This document shows positions 62,460 to 64,000 of a stretch of DNA of 64,000 nt, piece by piece. The DNA lies in the NCBI GenBank assembly GCA_965112155.1, contig OZ218106.1; one strand, 5' to 3'. How positions within the stretch are numbered: the first letter of the stretch is position 1; every line of letters starts with the position of its first letter. This stretch comes from Podarcis liolepis (lineage: Eukaryota). Under the pieces are notes generated by a model. That model saw only the letters and a list, made by a program, of their open reading frames with translations, searched no databases and had not been told where the DNA came from. Position numbers and translations under genes: made by a program.

Positions 62460-64000
62460 TATTATATTAATTTGGGTGTTATTTTTTTTTGAATAGAGTT
62501 CCATTCATAACCCATGCAATCCATAATCAATATAAATCAGTTGAAAAATTGTCACAGGGAATCATCTTTCCTTTTACTGGAGATTTTTATCAGTGGGTTG
62601 CATTAACATTATTTCATAATTTCACTGAATATTCTGATGGCTACTTTTGAGCATTTCAGTCTCTCTCTTTTTACATTTAAATGTATTTATTAAAGCATCA
62701 CATCTAAGGGCCACCAGAGCATTTCAATAGACCTGATAAAGTCACTTGCATCTCAAATTTTACTTCTTTTCACTTCAATCTACATAACGGTTAGCAGACC
62801 AATTTTGTATATACAGATAGTGGAATTATTTAACATATGCCAATCAACTTAAGCTCCTTTTCTGAGGAAAAAGTCAGTGCTATCTGAAAGTTTTCCTCTA
62901 AAATTAACTTCAAAGAATTGCATTTAAGGGTTACACAGCTACCTGTGCTTTGTTTTTTTTATTTAAGAATTCTGTAACTGGATCTCTTATTGCATAATCC
63001 ATGAGGAAGAAGAGTGGAAGATGAAACAGTGTGAAGGCAGTGTCTATCAAATTGTTGTCAAAGCTGTGCAGAGAACACTAAGAGGACCTTTACTGGCCAA
63101 ATACTTTTAAGAGAATTTAGCACAAAAATGTAAATTTATGCATTACAAACGCAAGAAGAATGCATTTGATTTCATCTGTACCAATCACATCACTCCTGGA
63201 CACTGATGCTCAATTAGAACGTAGCATAAATAGAAACAAAATCCATCTCCTGTACTGATTAAAATGAAATTATTTTGAGGTTGGCCCTTATGCTGGCCCT
63301 GTAGATTATTGCTGGCCCAACAGCTATAAATTCTGATTCTGATCAAAATGTTTTGCAAGGGTGGATAAAGCCTTGTCTCTGATCTTTCAAGTGCACAGTA
63401 AGTTGACACAGGGCAACATTCACTTATTCCACTTCTTGAGCAGAGATTTTTTTACTCCCCTCTCATTTGCCCACTGCTCCTAATACCAGAAAATAAGTCG
63501 TCTAGGCTAATAGTAATACCTAAGGTCATGCGGGACTGCAGCTTCTTTGAGATTAACTTATTAAGGCAATCAAGAGGCCCATTCTTTGATAGATTTAGAG
63601 GTTCTGGTTATGACCAGGCTATTTCTTCATCTATATAGATGATAAATGTTATAAAGTCTTTTTAAAAATTGGAATATCATTTTTTTAAAAAAGTTTTAAA
63701 AACCTGGTATATACATTGGCCATTTAGTCTTAAACGGAGAGCTCCAGAATATATTTTCACTCTGCAATCCTATATATGTCTACTTCAAAGTAAGCTCCAG
63801 CAAGATCCCTGGTAAATAAGTATAGAATTTCAATTTTAATATCCATGCTCAAACTACAGATGCCATTATCAAGATAATAGCTTTTCTAAACATTAGCAGA
63901 ATGTCTGGCTTTAAGATTAAGGGTTAGAAGTGAGGGGTTCCAAGTCATCATTCAAACGAGATTTTGATTTAATATTTTTTAAAGAAAAAAACAAATTAGT

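Overview
Vertebrate genomic DNA, very likely from a squamate (probably lacertid) lizard, judging from Sauria-type SINEs, an RTE-BovB tail, CR1/L2 fragments and numerous hAT and Tc1/mariner MITEs. The window contains coding exons 2-12 of SLC7A11 (xCT, the cystine/glutamate antiporter light chain) on the minus strand, from 61574 down to the stop at 15779. Exon 1 and the promoter lie beyond the right edge. All introns are GT-AG. Exons 2-11 measure 127,116,126,100,45,124,104,97,150,178 nt, matching the human gene as I recall it, and the spliced frame is open. A long 3' UTR probably runs to about 9010. The rest is intron and 3' flank with many transposon insertions. The most unusual object is a 1.14-kb, apparently 5'-complete, non-coding retroposon at 6546-7683. 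It has L1 hallmarks (GGGGG start, YY1 motif, AATAAA plus poly(A), perfect 17-bp target-site duplication) but no ORF2 and no tRNA/5S head, so it is a candidate non-autonomous L1-derived family. No prokaryotic-type systems (CRISPR, operons) are present. Repeat family names and human residue numbering come from recall, not from a database search.
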